DNA of 50,305 nucleotides, filler included, from Jimgerdemannia flammicorona (lineage: Eukaryota): the NCBI GenBank assembly GCA_003990765.1. It is 2 parts of 2 records of this genome, joined end to end, with 100 filler letters (N's around TTAATTAATTAA, not from the genome) between each part and the next. Parts side by side here need not be neighbours in the genome. Positions count along the whole stretch, not along the records: positions 25,204 to 50,305 come from RBNJ01000883.1; 1 more part is not named here. One strand, 5' to 3'. Each line of letters opens with the position of its first letter. Positions within the stretch are counted from its first letter, which is position 1. The notes beneath the pieces are model-generated. The model did not search any database, was not told the DNA's origin, and saw only the letters and a program-made list of their open reading frames with translations. Of this stretch, positions 37,221 to 49,781 are shown piece by piece. A program made the translations under genes and the position numbers.

Positions 37221-38309
37221 ATGTCCTGTAACCAGTAGGCTATCTGTCTGAACCATTCACTAAGGGATATGGTACCAGCAACTACTTATCTGTGAGACTT
37301 TCAAAGCCAGAGGAGTTCAAATTGTCAACTGATTGGTCAAGATCAGAATCAGTCCCTTACTCTATATGAAGAGAGCAATTCTTCACCATCAAGCCAAAAT
37401 ATATCAGAAAGATGCAAGTCCATAAATACCACTTTTCAACTCCTTGCTAGAGGTTATGGGATCAGCAACTTTTTCAGGACCAATAAATAAGGATACTCAA
37501 GAAGATCCTTATTCAGAAGGAAGATGTAATGGTGACTACAGAATGATGACATTAGTACAGAAGACAGCCATTTCTTGCAAGCCACCAGATCAGAGTATAA
37601 GAAGATCATATAGCATATAAGATGAGCAATTATGACCAACTGTGAGTCATTGTGACCACAGTTCAGATATCTTGAGGAATATAAAAGAAGGATCAAAGAA
37701 CTACCAACAAGACTCACCCATCCCAAAATAGCTCAAAAACTTACCACAAATGAAATGCCTACTGCTCACCAAATCTCAAGGTCAAGGAACCACCAAGGCA
37801 CCTTAGTTGAGGAAAGGATGTTCCAAGACATCAGAAGAACCTTGAGGACCTGCACAAGAAGAACTCCTAGTATCAATCTGGGTACTGGTGACCCTTATCA
37901 CTATATCCTCTACTACTGTAAAATAGAAAAAAGGATCACCATTGCTACTGAATACCTCCAAATGTGGCAGGAGTATGAAATAGGAAACCTCCTCTGCTGA
38001 GAGTTCCCACAGGCTAGCTCTTAAGAGTTATAAGATGCCACTCTCATAGATATATATGAAACAAGGATAGCTAAGAAGATCTATTAGATCTTCAGGCATG
38101 CACTATGGTTGATCTCCAACTTGGAGTATGTTAGAGTCTCAGACTTCAGAGACCTGTCAGCCTGCCATATCAATGTACTAGAAGCCAGGGTGGCTACAGA
38201 AGTCCAGTCCACTATTATCCTCAATAGTGATGAAGTAGAAGACTTCTGGCATCCCATCCTTCAGGATAACCTAGACCAATTCCTACAAGAATTGATCTCA
38301 GTATTCTAA
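37221..38309 (+). pseudogene. Putative additional ORF between integrase and 3' LTR, interrupted by stops
   Basis: ATG 37221 and ORFs 37755-38000 and 38109-38309 all share one frame; about 1.1 kb between IN and PPT. Confidence 0.5.
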
Positions 38310-38374
38310 GTCCCAAGCATCCAGATTAGACCTCTCCAAGACCTCACATTTGTCCCCTATTTTGTGGAAGAGAA

Positions 38375-39076
38375 TCTCATAGATTGGAGAGTCTCTGATT
38401 TTCCTGCCAAATGTGATGACATCATCAGTGATGACATCATCTCATGCAACATATGTGAAATGTATGACCTATGTGACAATAATGTGACAGATGAAATATT
38501 TGTGGACCTCATCTTCTTCAAAGACATCCTGATCTCTGATGAGGATAAAGCTCCTATAGTCTTAAACATTCTGCTCTAAGTTTCTTGGTTATACTGAATT
38601 ATGCTAGCACTCTTTTTCTGTATAACAGCTATTCCTTCACTGGCATTCTGATGTGACTCAGAATTATTCTGGCACCATTTTCCTGTATCACTAAAATTAT
38701 ACCAGCATCCTGAATCTGTGCAACCATCAGTACCAATACTGGAACTTAGCAGTTTTCCATATCCTGGTATTTTATTTTAGTTATTGGAATTTATATTTAG
38801 CTTTATATCTTAGCAATCATTGAATTATATTTTGCATAAATACCCCTCTTATTTCCTCTGAAATAAAGTCAGTCTACTCAAGTTCACTTATATACACTTC
38901 CTTGCAAGCAATCTAAGAGATAACAAGACAGATTAAAGATAAGAAGTTTGAGGACTATAAGACCTTGGAAAGGCACTCTAATAAGAACTTGCTTATAACA
39001 AACTTGAGTTAGTCTAAGAGATATACCTTGAAGAGAATCTGATATATTTGAAGGACTCAGCAACTACTATATAACA
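38375..39076 (+). repeat. Gypsy-1 3' LTR (about 700 bp; left boundary inferred from PPT-like GGAAGAGAA)
   Basis: Homologous to the 5' LTR; ends ...TATAACA. Confidence 0.85.
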
Positions 39077-40389
39077 GTGGAACAATTAGGGTGTGACTAG
39101 TTTGGGGGAAGGGGAGATGGCCCTGGACATTGGTATCTTAAGTACTCCTTATTAGAGAAGAAGGAGTTGTGAGATGCTTGAGTAGAGGTCTTCAGGCTGA
39201 TAATTGTTTGCTGGATATATGTATGAGGGGTCCCCTGTGGGAGTCTATTGAGTAAAGTTGAAGAAGGCTGTCAGTATATATTAAGGTGAGGCTGGTAGAT
39301 TTAAAAGGGCTCAGAAGAGAGAGCAAGTCGGGTGGGCCTTCTGCAAGATAGAGAGGTTATAGTTAGAGTGAGCAGAGATATAAAGTGAGAGGACATAGAA
39401 GATTAGAGACTGGGTCAGGTCCAGCCAGAGGTAGAGAAGTTGAAAAGAGTGCTGAGAGAGAAGAAGAAGACTTATATATAGAGTATAGTAGCTTGGCTAT
39501 AGTGGCAGAGGCTTGAAAAAGATGATAGGTCTTCTAAGTATCTGTCTAGACTTCTTTAGACAAGGAGAATAAGACAGAGGTAGGATGGAGTACTTGATGA
39601 GGGGAGTACTCTGGTAAATGAGATATAGAGAATCTTGGATTCTTTAAAGAATAGATAGAGTGGCCTATAGAGTGAGAAAGAAGGAAGTACTAATAAGATA
39701 GCTATTGAGTACTCTCTGGAGAATTGGTACTCTCTACAGATAGATAGTCTTAGAGACTTGATTCAATCAGTCTAGGAGGATGAAATTTTAAGTATCTTGT
39801 TGGCTACAAAACTGAGTACAGCTCCTGATAAGGATGGCTTGCCTTGGGACTTTTGAAAGAAGATAGTGAGAGTCCTGGGAATATTGGGGGAGATAATTGC
39901 ACTATGTGACTTCATACTTATATCTGGGGAGTAGATTGGGGGTCAGGACTTTAGTTTGATGATATTGTTATATAAGAATAAGAGCAGAAGAGAGAATTAG
40001 AAAAATTGGAGACTTATTATACTTCTGGATCAGAAAAAGACCTATGATTGAATTTAGCATATCTGACTAAAGAAAATGTTGAAGATAATTAATATCTCTC
40101 ACTGATTTCAGTTATTAATAATTGGTCTATTAGAGAGCAGCCAGATAGTAATTTTGTATAATAGATATTATAGTATCTTATTCTTATTGAGAAGGGGTTC
40201 CCCAAGGAGACCCATTGTCCTCTATTCTATATACTTTATTATTGAAGCTATTGTTGGATAGGATTTTCTACAGAGTATTAGCACTTACAGTTTTAGAAAT
40301 TGTCTAGAAGATTGGGGTCTTTGCTGATAATATAGTAGTTGGTCTTGGCTCTGTTGATGATATTAGTGAACTGAGGGCTACTATAGACT
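39077..40389 (+). mobile_element. Older, heavily mutated LINE ORF2 fragment (same family), apparent host of Gypsy-1
   Basis: FGGRGDGPGHWYL, LDQKKTYD, PQGDPLSSILY, KIGVFADNIVVGLG match the LINE at 27685-33582. Confidence 0.85.
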
Positions 40390-43300
40390 GAAGTCCAAAG
40401 AGTATTCAGAGATACTCAAACTGTATTCCTAAGGCAAAAAAGGCTGTCTTCTAAATGTCTTTGGGATCCATAGAGATCTCATTGAATTATACAAAAAGAT
40501 TCATATTGCTGAAGTATCTGATATCTTATAATTAGTCCAAGAGATCATGGATTCTGGACAATAGATAAGCATCCTTTTTAGTAACTAAGTTAAGTTTCCT
40601 GTAGTCTATATAGAGTCTCTATCCTTCTTTCTTTAGTATGATAAGTATGTATAAGACTGATTCAAGGACTAGTAGAGAATCAGATGACCCTATTGTCTAA
40701 GAGTTCTTAAATGTATTCCTTTTTAAATATCTTTAGATGATGGGGTATTCTATAAGACTTCTGCTAGATAGATATTGCATTTTCTATATTTATCCCATAG
40801 TGATATGATGGATTATATAGCAGATTGCTATAGTTAGTAGTAAAGATATCTTGATATTTGTAGAGGAGTTCTACTAGTTGTTACTATTGCTGAGGTGTCA
40901 ATACTGCTTCTATATTAGTGGAAGGCTTTACTGTCTTCTGGGTCACAGAGGGGTCTTTTCTTTCTTCTAAGATCTTTTGTCATTTTCATAGGTTTAGTTT
41001 ATAAACATCTCTGTAAGTTCAGTTAAGAAAGAGTACTATATATCCTATGATGATTTCTTTTGGTTAGATAATACTTTACCAGCTCTGATTGGTTGCTCAG
41101 GAGTATACTAGATTCATCTTATCAAGGAATGTGTGACCCTCATTATCCAGGTTTGGAATATCTTTATTGGGTTCAAAGAAGAGGATCCTGGGGTCAGTGG
41201 TGTAAAGATTTCGAAAATGGTTTGCTCTCTGGGATCCAGGATGAGGTTCTTGTGCAATTTGACTGATTGGTGATATATTTACTAGGGGGTATCCTTCTTG
41301 AGATAGTTGACCTAGAGGAGATATACTTCTTTCTTATCTGAGCTTCCAAATCCTTTAGCTTGCCTTGTTCCTTCAATCAGTTTGGAGGCTTCTTGTAATT
41401 GAGAGGTCTTGACTTTCATGAAGACTGCTTGAGTAATCTTCTGTCCTCTAAGAATTTTATTCTATTCTGTACTACTATTATATAAGATAAACTTGATTTC
41501 ACCTATATATTCTGGGTCTATGGTTTTCCTTCTATGGTTACTCCTTGTCTGGCAAGTCCAGACCTTGAGGTCAGTTAGATGTAAGTTTCTTTAGACAGTT
41601 ATATTGCTAGTTATATTCTGAATACCAATATTCTTCCAGGCTTAATGGGTTTATCCTCCAGACTGTAGAGGTCATACTCTATATCTTCTTAGTGAGCTTT
41701 GGTTGAGGGTTGAGCTTTGGGATATAGTAGGATATACTGGGCAATATCTTTGCTGAGTTCATACTGTCCTTGGACTAAAGCTTATCTAACAGGAAGCCTC
41801 CAGGCTCTAAGATTGAGGTGCAGCCATCTGGCTCCAGTAGAAGGGTCTCAGAGATAGTTTATTTCTCTTTTTTCTGTAGGGTCTATGGCTTCTAAAAAGT
41901 TGGTGGCATCTTCTATCCATTCTTGGTGAGTTGTATATCTAATGAGAGCTAGGATATTTTCTTCCAAATTATAGATCTTGAGAGTCCTTCTTTCTGATTT
42001 CTTGAGTTATCTTTTTCAGATCTGAGTTCTGTTATCTCCTCTCTTCAATATTTGGATTACAACATTCTGACTGAGGTGAATCTTCTGGTGCCTGCAGTCT
42101 CAGCAGTCTGAGTGTCTTTCATAGTTTTACTTGAAAATGCTATTCTTGGTTATTGATCTCTTACTGTCTTAAGAATTAGTACCCATCTTGATCATAGGTC
42201 AGAGAGAGGGTGGCTAAGAGATATACTTCTGTTTGGATAAAGAGACCTTGTCCTCTGACTTGGCTTTGTAATCTTGTAGTAACTTCTTGAAAGGTATTTG
42301 TCTGTCCAATTGTAGTTAGGAGTTCTGATCTATGAGGTCTTTGTCTTTCTTATTGATCAAGTAGATGATACTAATCAAAGTAGTCTTAGGTAGAGTGGAA
42401 GACTATTTGATGTAGATATCTCTTCAGCCAAAAGGCTTTTTCCTGATATATTTCTTATTTTGGGATAATGGTAACTATACTTAGTCCTTCTTTAATATTC
42501 TGGGAGTTATTGTCTTCAGGTAGTATCTGGTGAGAGTCATCTCAGAGAATGAATTCAGGGTGCTCCTTCTGTTCAGGGACTTCTTGTTTAGGAGTTTCTT
42601 ATTCCTCAGATGATTCTTGACCCCAAATTGCTTACACTTCTTCAGCTTTAGTGTAGGTGTTTCTGGAATATATCTGCACTTTTTCTTTCTTTTTCTGTAT
42701 TCAGGACAGGCTGTGCCAGGCGAATTCCTTGTCACAATGTGCTTGGAGCACTGGTGTCTTTTGAGACAGATGGGATATACTTTGATTTATCCTGCAATAA
42801 CTCTAATAGTAATAAAGATAGTGTTTATGGCCCATATATTGTCTTCTGGCCTATCATCTACTAGGTGAATTTGTGGACTGAGTCTGGGATCATTTCTATC
42901 TTTGATTCTTCTTCTATTTCAGTAATAGATTCTTCATTACTAGTGTATTCTTCCTGTATAGTGACCTTCTTCTTTTTCTTTGATTGCTTATAGCTAGTTA
43001 TCTTAACTCTATACTTCTTTTCTCAGTAATTGAATTTGAGTACTTGTTGGCCAATATCAACAACTGCATTCATTTCTTTCATTCAGTTAGTACCAAGGAT
43101 CATGTTATAGGTGACAGCTTCAGTAATAATAGCTTTTGGGATAGAAAACTGAATGTGTCCCAGGGAGATGGTAATTTTTCATACTTCTCAAAGAGGTTGA
43201 GTTTAGGCTCCATCTGCTACTATGATACTAAGATTGGATAGTCCATCAATGGGCCATTGGAGGGTGTCAAGAAATAATTTGACATTAATACAGATAGCTA

Positions 43301-46108
43301 CTCCTGTGTCTATGAGGATTTTCGCCTTTTGTCCTCCAATATCTCCATATAGATAGGTGCTGGTATATCTCTCTACAGCTTGGTTAGGGGTGGGGGCTGG
43401 TTCTTGTTGTGGAATTGGGACTTGGCCAGTACTGGATCTGGTAGTTCTCAACAATTTGTTTTGGACTCCAGCAGGTATTAGCTATAGAAACTGGAGAAGA
43501 GAGACTTCTGTTTTGGCATTTTGAATCTTTTACCAAGCTTCATTATAGATATCTCTGGGTATGGTCTTTGGGGTGTACTTCTTCTTAAGCTTTGGGGCAG
43601 TAGATTTCTGTTCTTTTTACTTCATTTCTTCATCTCTAGAGATAGTTTATTTGTTTTAGAAACAAAAGATGAGGGATCAAGAAGGTATTTCTACTTGCAC
43701 TTCTTCATATTCTTTATCTTCTTCTGGAATTCTTCTGCTGGTATTCCTGTGGTCTTCCTACAGGTCTCTTTCTTTTTTCTACTGGGTAGACTATCTTTCT
43801 GATAATGATCTTGGCTGGATATAAGTTCAGGTTACTGTAGTCTTCACTATTGCTTTCTTCTTCAAACTCTTTGACAGAATGGACTTTAGTCTTCTTGTAC
43901 TATATTTTATTTCTTTAATTGGGTAGTTCTGAGTCTCCTTAGTCACTTCTTTATGGTTACATTCAGTGATATAGTATCTGAATTATCTATAGTAGAAGCA
44001 CTAGACTTGGGCTCTGTTCCAGACAAGTATCTTCTTCTTGCTGATAGCTCCTATTATCTCTGAGTGGATAACCTTGGTTTCTTTATGGTGTATACTCTTT
44101 GTTGCCTTATGGGTAGCTCTGATTTTACATATAGTGTGTTTTTCGATCTACTCTACCAATCAGTCCAACTTGGAACTGAAGTCCTGAATTTCATTCCTGT
44201 TCTTCTTCTATTCTTTAGCTGGCTTTCTTTCTTCAGATCTTTTCTGTTCTTGGAGGAGTCCTTGTAGGGCTTTGACCAAGATGTCCTCCTTGTCATCCTT
44301 CTTGTCATGGTCACTCCAGATAGTTTCTTATCTGACATTGAAAAATCCTTAAGCTACATCTACTTGTTCTTCAGACCTTCTGATGACTTAAGTGTAGCAT
44401 ACTGGACTATGTTTGGAGGAATCTCATTCATGAAGATCATTGGGTCTATAATGTCTTAATTAATAGCATTAATCCTAGCTATATATATTCTATTCTAGAT
44501 TCTTATAAAGAATGCCCTAGTTGATTCTCTGAGATTTATCTTCATTCCTATGAGCCTTGTGGTGGGTCTCATTTTCTGTATACTTCTCAATGAGTCAGTG
44601 AGTCATGACTTCATACTCTGCTAGCCAGATTGCTGCTATATTAATGGCTGCTCTAAGATCTGAATGTATATCATTTCTTATTAAGGTGAAAATTCCTTTA
44701 GCTGGTTCTCTGAGTTGGGTCTTGTAGTTAGTGATTTTTCTTTCAGGAGAGACATTCTTCAGAGCTGTGATTTCCTCAATTCTATAAAGGAATTCTCTTA
44801 CTGGATATCCTGCAAAGGTTGGCAATGGGATGGCTATTTCATCGTCACTGTCCTCTAATTCTAATTCTGGTTCCAATTCTGACTCTGGTTCAGATTCTGG
44901 TTCTGATTCAGATTCAGATTCTGGTTTACTTTCTGAATTATTGCTAGAGTTTAGAACACTTGGGTATCTTGAAGATAGTGTTATAGATCTTGGACAAGGT
45001 GGAATGGGTCTGGATATCCTTGAAGGAGCTATTCCTTAGTCTTCTTGTTCTGTAATAGCTAGTGGTAGAGATTTGATAAGTGAAATTGGCAGGAAATTGG
45101 GTTCATGCAATGTGGTCTTCAAGTTCTTGTATAATCTCATTGAAGGTTCTGACTGGACTGTTTGTACAATCTGGTGGATCTGGTTGGTCTGAGGGTAAAT
45201 CTGTTAGTACTGGCTGGAGATTCTGTACTATGCTGGCTTTCTATTGAGATCCTTCTGATAGTGAATAGTTAGTAAGTCTTGAAGTAATTACTTCTCTTTC
45301 TTTCATGACTGATTCTCCTGTAGTAGCAGAGATTGGTATTGTATCAAATATATCCAGTTTGGCTATTAGTTCTTGTGAGCTGAAAAGTCATGTCAATTTT
45401 GAAATTGTTCAGTTGAGAGTTTTTGTGTGGATTTTGAAAACCCTCCCAGTTGAGCCCCCAAATATAATGTGCCTGGCTCAATGGAGGCAAATTACAAGGT
45501 TGGAGGTTGATGTAGTTTGGCTTGAGCCCCCAGTTACTTTGTTAAAAAGCAACAAAATGTTCTATAATTCCTGAGATTCTTGGTATTTAGTGATATAATA
45601 GTCAAATCTGGATATGGTGGTCGATTTGTATGTCAATTTCCTTATTGGGATGGTTCTTCGGTATAGTGGCGATTTGGTGTAGTGTGATCTTCAAAAGTGT
45701 ACAATTTCTGGATAGTGATCTCTGTATAGTATGATGATCTCTATGTAGTATAATGATCTCTTCATAATGTTCTTGTTACCAAAAGTATGTGATTTCTGGC
45801 ATGACAGTTTTGTGTAGTGTGATGATCTTTGTGTAGTGTAACAATCTTCAAAAGTATGCGATTTCTGCAGATAACTCCATTTTGGCACAGATTCTCCTGA
45901 ATCAGTGGGTCTTTTGAATAATAACTTAGATAACTCAGATGGCAGATAACTCAATAACTCAGATGGTGCAGATTCTTCCTAAATTGGCTCTTCTGGAAAA
46001 TACTCAGATAGTATGGATTCTTGGTAAGTTACGTCAAAGACTGGCTTCACTTGTGTGGGATTACATCATAGACTGGCTCTAATGCAAAGTTGTATCAGAT
46101 AGACTAGC
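40390..46108 (-). mobile_element. Second Ty3/Gypsy element (Gypsy-2), 3'-truncated within RT: gag, ZnK, PR, long spacer, dUTPase, partial RT
   Basis: gag IPLPTFAGYPVREFL (about 44830); decayed knuckle 43959-44000; KAKILIDTGVA (about 43310); dUTPase EYDL..TSRSGLARQG..IDPEYIGEI (about 41490-41700); RT IDYRKLN..KDAY..KTAF..LFGL (about 40390-40610). Confidence 0.88.
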
Positions 46109-49100
46109 TTTTTTTTTTTTTATAGTTACTTAGACTTTGCTATTTATTATCTCAATCTATAATAATAATACAATATCACCTGCATCCCCTCAACTAATAC
46201 CCCTTGGATCCCCCTCCCTACCTTCTACCCCACTCTGTCAGAGGATAACTCAGTTACCCACCACCTGAATCCTCCCTCTACTTTTCTGGCAAATACAATT
46301 CACCAAACTCTAGTTGCTCCCCCCACCCAGTCCACCAGCCATTCAAAATGTCCAATAATAACCCTTCTCACCATGCCACCTTAGTCCCAACTCCAAATAG
46401 CTGGCCCTCCTCAAATATATATAACTAATGTCTGGCCATCCTAATCCAAATTACCAGAGCCCAACCCAGGGTCAACCATTCATCTCCCACCCCTCCCACT
46501 AGCCTGTGGTAGAGCTCTCCCCATCCTCCCCAGTCTCCTTCTACCAGGGCCCACAGTCCTAACTGGCCTGCAATGTGGTGCCAAAACTCCCCTAAAATGT
46601 CACACTCACAAAGCTAATGTTCAGGCATTTGTAGCACTCCCTCTTTCTGTCCAACATCCAAACACTCCTCACACTCAAATGCTCCATCTACTACCAAGTG
46701 TCCAGACCAATAGTTCAACATCACATTCCACCTTAAAAACCTCCACCACACCATCCAGAACTTAGGGAGAAGCCACTGCAACATCTGCTTGCTCTAAGTC
46801 TAAAGACCATTCCAGTCCCACTCCTCACCAATCCCCACCCTCTGCCATGCCTCAGGCCACAGGTCCCACCCTAAGCCCTGCAAATACTCCATTCCATCAC
46901 CCAGCCAGAAATCCTCCACCAAAGCACCACTCAGCAGTAGTCTGTCCCATCTCCACATCTGTGGTCTCCAATCTTCCTCTCCCTCAGCCCCCAGCCACTG
47001 AAGTCCAATTCATCTAGCACTATTTACCACTCCCTACCAAAAGCCCATATACCATATCCTCTGGCTCTCATCCAGGGCCACCATTGCAAGCAGATCACCA
47101 GATGCTCTATAGGGGGAATACTATGCCTCCCATACCCTCTGCATGAGTGGAACCCACTCCTGGCCCCTCAACTCACTCACTCTCTTCAGCCACCATGCTC
47201 GCAAGTAATGAAGATGTTTGGGAAAGTCCACCAAGCCAAGCCCACCTTTGTCTACAGATAGGGTCAGAATCTCCCATCCAATCTGACTTCACTACCTAGC
47301 CCAGAACCATGACCTTGCTATCTTTCAAAGTTGCCTGACCACCCAAGCTGGAAAGTCTAAATGATACCTCACATACCACAGTTTCAGCAGCCAATACACA
47401 TTCAGCACCATCACCCTTTCTGCCAAGGATATATGCTGACCACTCCACCTTAAGAGCACATTACCACATACTAGAAGTCACTGTTCCCATTAAGTATAGG
47501 GCAGGAGAGACCCATACACCAAGAAGTAAATTCCCAGATAATGAACTGGATCTCCTATGGGCACCACCCTTCCAATCATATCACCACCAACTATTCCACC
47601 ACACAGCATCAGGATCTCACATTTGTGCCAATTGAGTCTAGCATCGGAGCCTCTCTCATACTATTCCACAGTTCTCCACAATTCCTCCATGTCTGCCAGC
47701 AAACCCAGTTCAACTACCATATCATCTGCAAAGGCCCCCACTTTTCAATTAATCCCCAGAATGTCTAAACCCCCAATTCGATACCAGATCCTGTCCAATA
47801 GGGGCTCCAAGGAAAGGGCATATAAGATGGGTGACAAAGGGTCCCCTTGTGGCACTCACTGACTAAGTGGAAAGATTACACCCCTATGCCTATTGACTAC
47901 CAATGCTATCTGACTGTTCTCCAAAATACTGATTAGCAACCTCCTGAACCCTGGGGGAACACCCACCTGTTTCAGCACTCCCTCTAGTCAGATCCTCCGT
48001 ACTCTGTCATATGTCTTCTCCTGATCCAGAAATACTAATCTGCTATCAACCCTGGCCACCCTAGCCCCTTCAATCATACAATGGACCCAGGCTGTCCCAT
48101 CTCAGATCAACTGATCACCAACAAATCCTCTCTGCTCTACTCTCAGTACTTGCTAAGCAATCCCCTGCAGTTTAGTCACCAAGACCTTTATCACCAGCTT
48201 GTAGTCCATGTCGAGGAGCATGATCAGTGGCCAGTTCCTTCAATCTTCTCTTCTCCCCTTATTCTTATAGAGCAAGGTGACCAGTCCTAGGCACTGGCCC
48301 CCAATCCAAGTCCCAGACTAAAGAACCTCATCATACATTGCCATCAACTCTTCTAATACTACCTCCACCTCAGTTATCTTTTTCCAAAAATCCCAGAGAA
48401 GCCCATCCTCTCTTGGAGCTGTTCCCTTGATTGTTGCAGCCAACACCTTACAAATTTTCTCCCCCTGCACTAGGTCTCCCAGAGTCCCCAGACCCATCGC
48501 TGGGTCAGGATGCCAATCCTCCAACTACCTTTCAATGCCTGAGACATCCTCACCCCCTTCTTCCTCACTCTATAGGTCTTACTAGTGGGACCTTAGCAAT
48601 CTCAGAATCGCTGGAGTCCCCACAACCATCTCTCCATCCTCACCCAAGAGACTATCTCATTGCTGTTTAGTTCTTCTATACTTGTAGTATCTGCAATAAA
48701 ACCTAGTGGATCTTTCTCTCTCCTTCAACCCTTGCCACCTCAGCCTCACTACTATCTCCTTCAGGGTAACCTCTTCCTCCAATCATAACACTTTCTTAAG
48801 CTCCTTGACTTCCTTTTGAATCTGTACCATATGCCAGTCTGCCACCTCCCCATCCTCAAGCACCCCTGCCCATCTCTCCAGGAGCACTGCCAGCCACTGT
48901 ATAGCCCAAAGTACTCTCTGCTGCTGCTGAACACTCCTTTCTTTCCCTGCCTCTATCCAGTATCCCTGAGCACTTGATTTCAGCCTCCACTAGCAATCTC
49001 CAATCACCAGGCCTTACTCCCACCACCTCTCAATTTTTCCAATAACCTCCTCCTCCCAGGCTGCCAATAAAGCACTGTCCTCCAATAAAGAGAAATTCAG

Positions 49101-49781
49101 TTGCCAATGTCCAGGCCCATCCCCACTTCCTCCAAACCTCCCTCCCCCTAGCAGACTCCAGTAGTCTGACCAGTACAGTCCAGACATCAGCTCCCCAGCA
49201 CTTGGCCATTAATATCTAGTCGATTCTGGTACCCAGACCTACCGCTCAATAAGTATAAACTTGATGCTCTCCTCATAACTATCTCTCTGAATCAACCAAA
49301 GAACTCAACCTCTTCATCTCCATCCAATCCTCCCACCCACCACTTCTGCTTCTCATTCCTCTCCCACTGTTAGTCCTATCCACCACATTATTTCTTACTA
49401 TGTTGAAATCTCCCCCCAGGCAATTGATCTCTGCCTCACTGATGATACCCAGCCTCTCTCAAATTTCTGATCCAATCTACCTATTCCCCCCTTTCTGCCA
49501 GGCAATAATATGATCCAACTATCAAAGAGCTCCATCCAGGCCTCTTCTATACTCCCTACACCAACCTACTCCCCCAATGTCCAATATCCCCAATATTCCC
49601 CATCCCCTTTCAAACTAGGATACCCACTTGCCCAAACCACACTGCAGCCCCCACCCACTCCCTAGTCCAATCCTGCAAGTCCACATCTATCTCATAACAT
49701 ACATCTTGTAATAAGAAGAGATCTGCATCAAATCTCTTAAGCTACTCAAATATGAGTTTTTGCTGAGCTGCCCCCCTCAAC
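46109..49781 (-). mobile_element. LINE copy (ORF2 plus poly(A)), related subfamily, interrupted at the start of the endonuclease
   Basis: T-run + TATAGTT tail; VPQGDPLSPILYALSLEPL, FADDMV, LDQEKTYD, GGSGDGPGHWQLN, LRGAAQQKLIFE*LKRFDADLFLLQDV. Confidence 0.9.

Larger units (their letters stand above)
25303..39076 (+). mobile_element. Ty3/Gypsy LTR retrotransposon (Gypsy-1), decayed: gag-ZnK, PR, dUTPase, RT, RNase H, IN, extra ORF
   Basis: Two homologous LTRs; CFRC*EEGH*VKSC knuckle at about 26807; IIDTGA at about 27465; dUTPase about 34050-34470; RT NYRKLN / IYVEDVIIFS; RNase H FILQTD..NADALSR; integrase with TTAYHSQGNRQTERTN; domain order RT-RH-IN. Confidence 0.93.
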
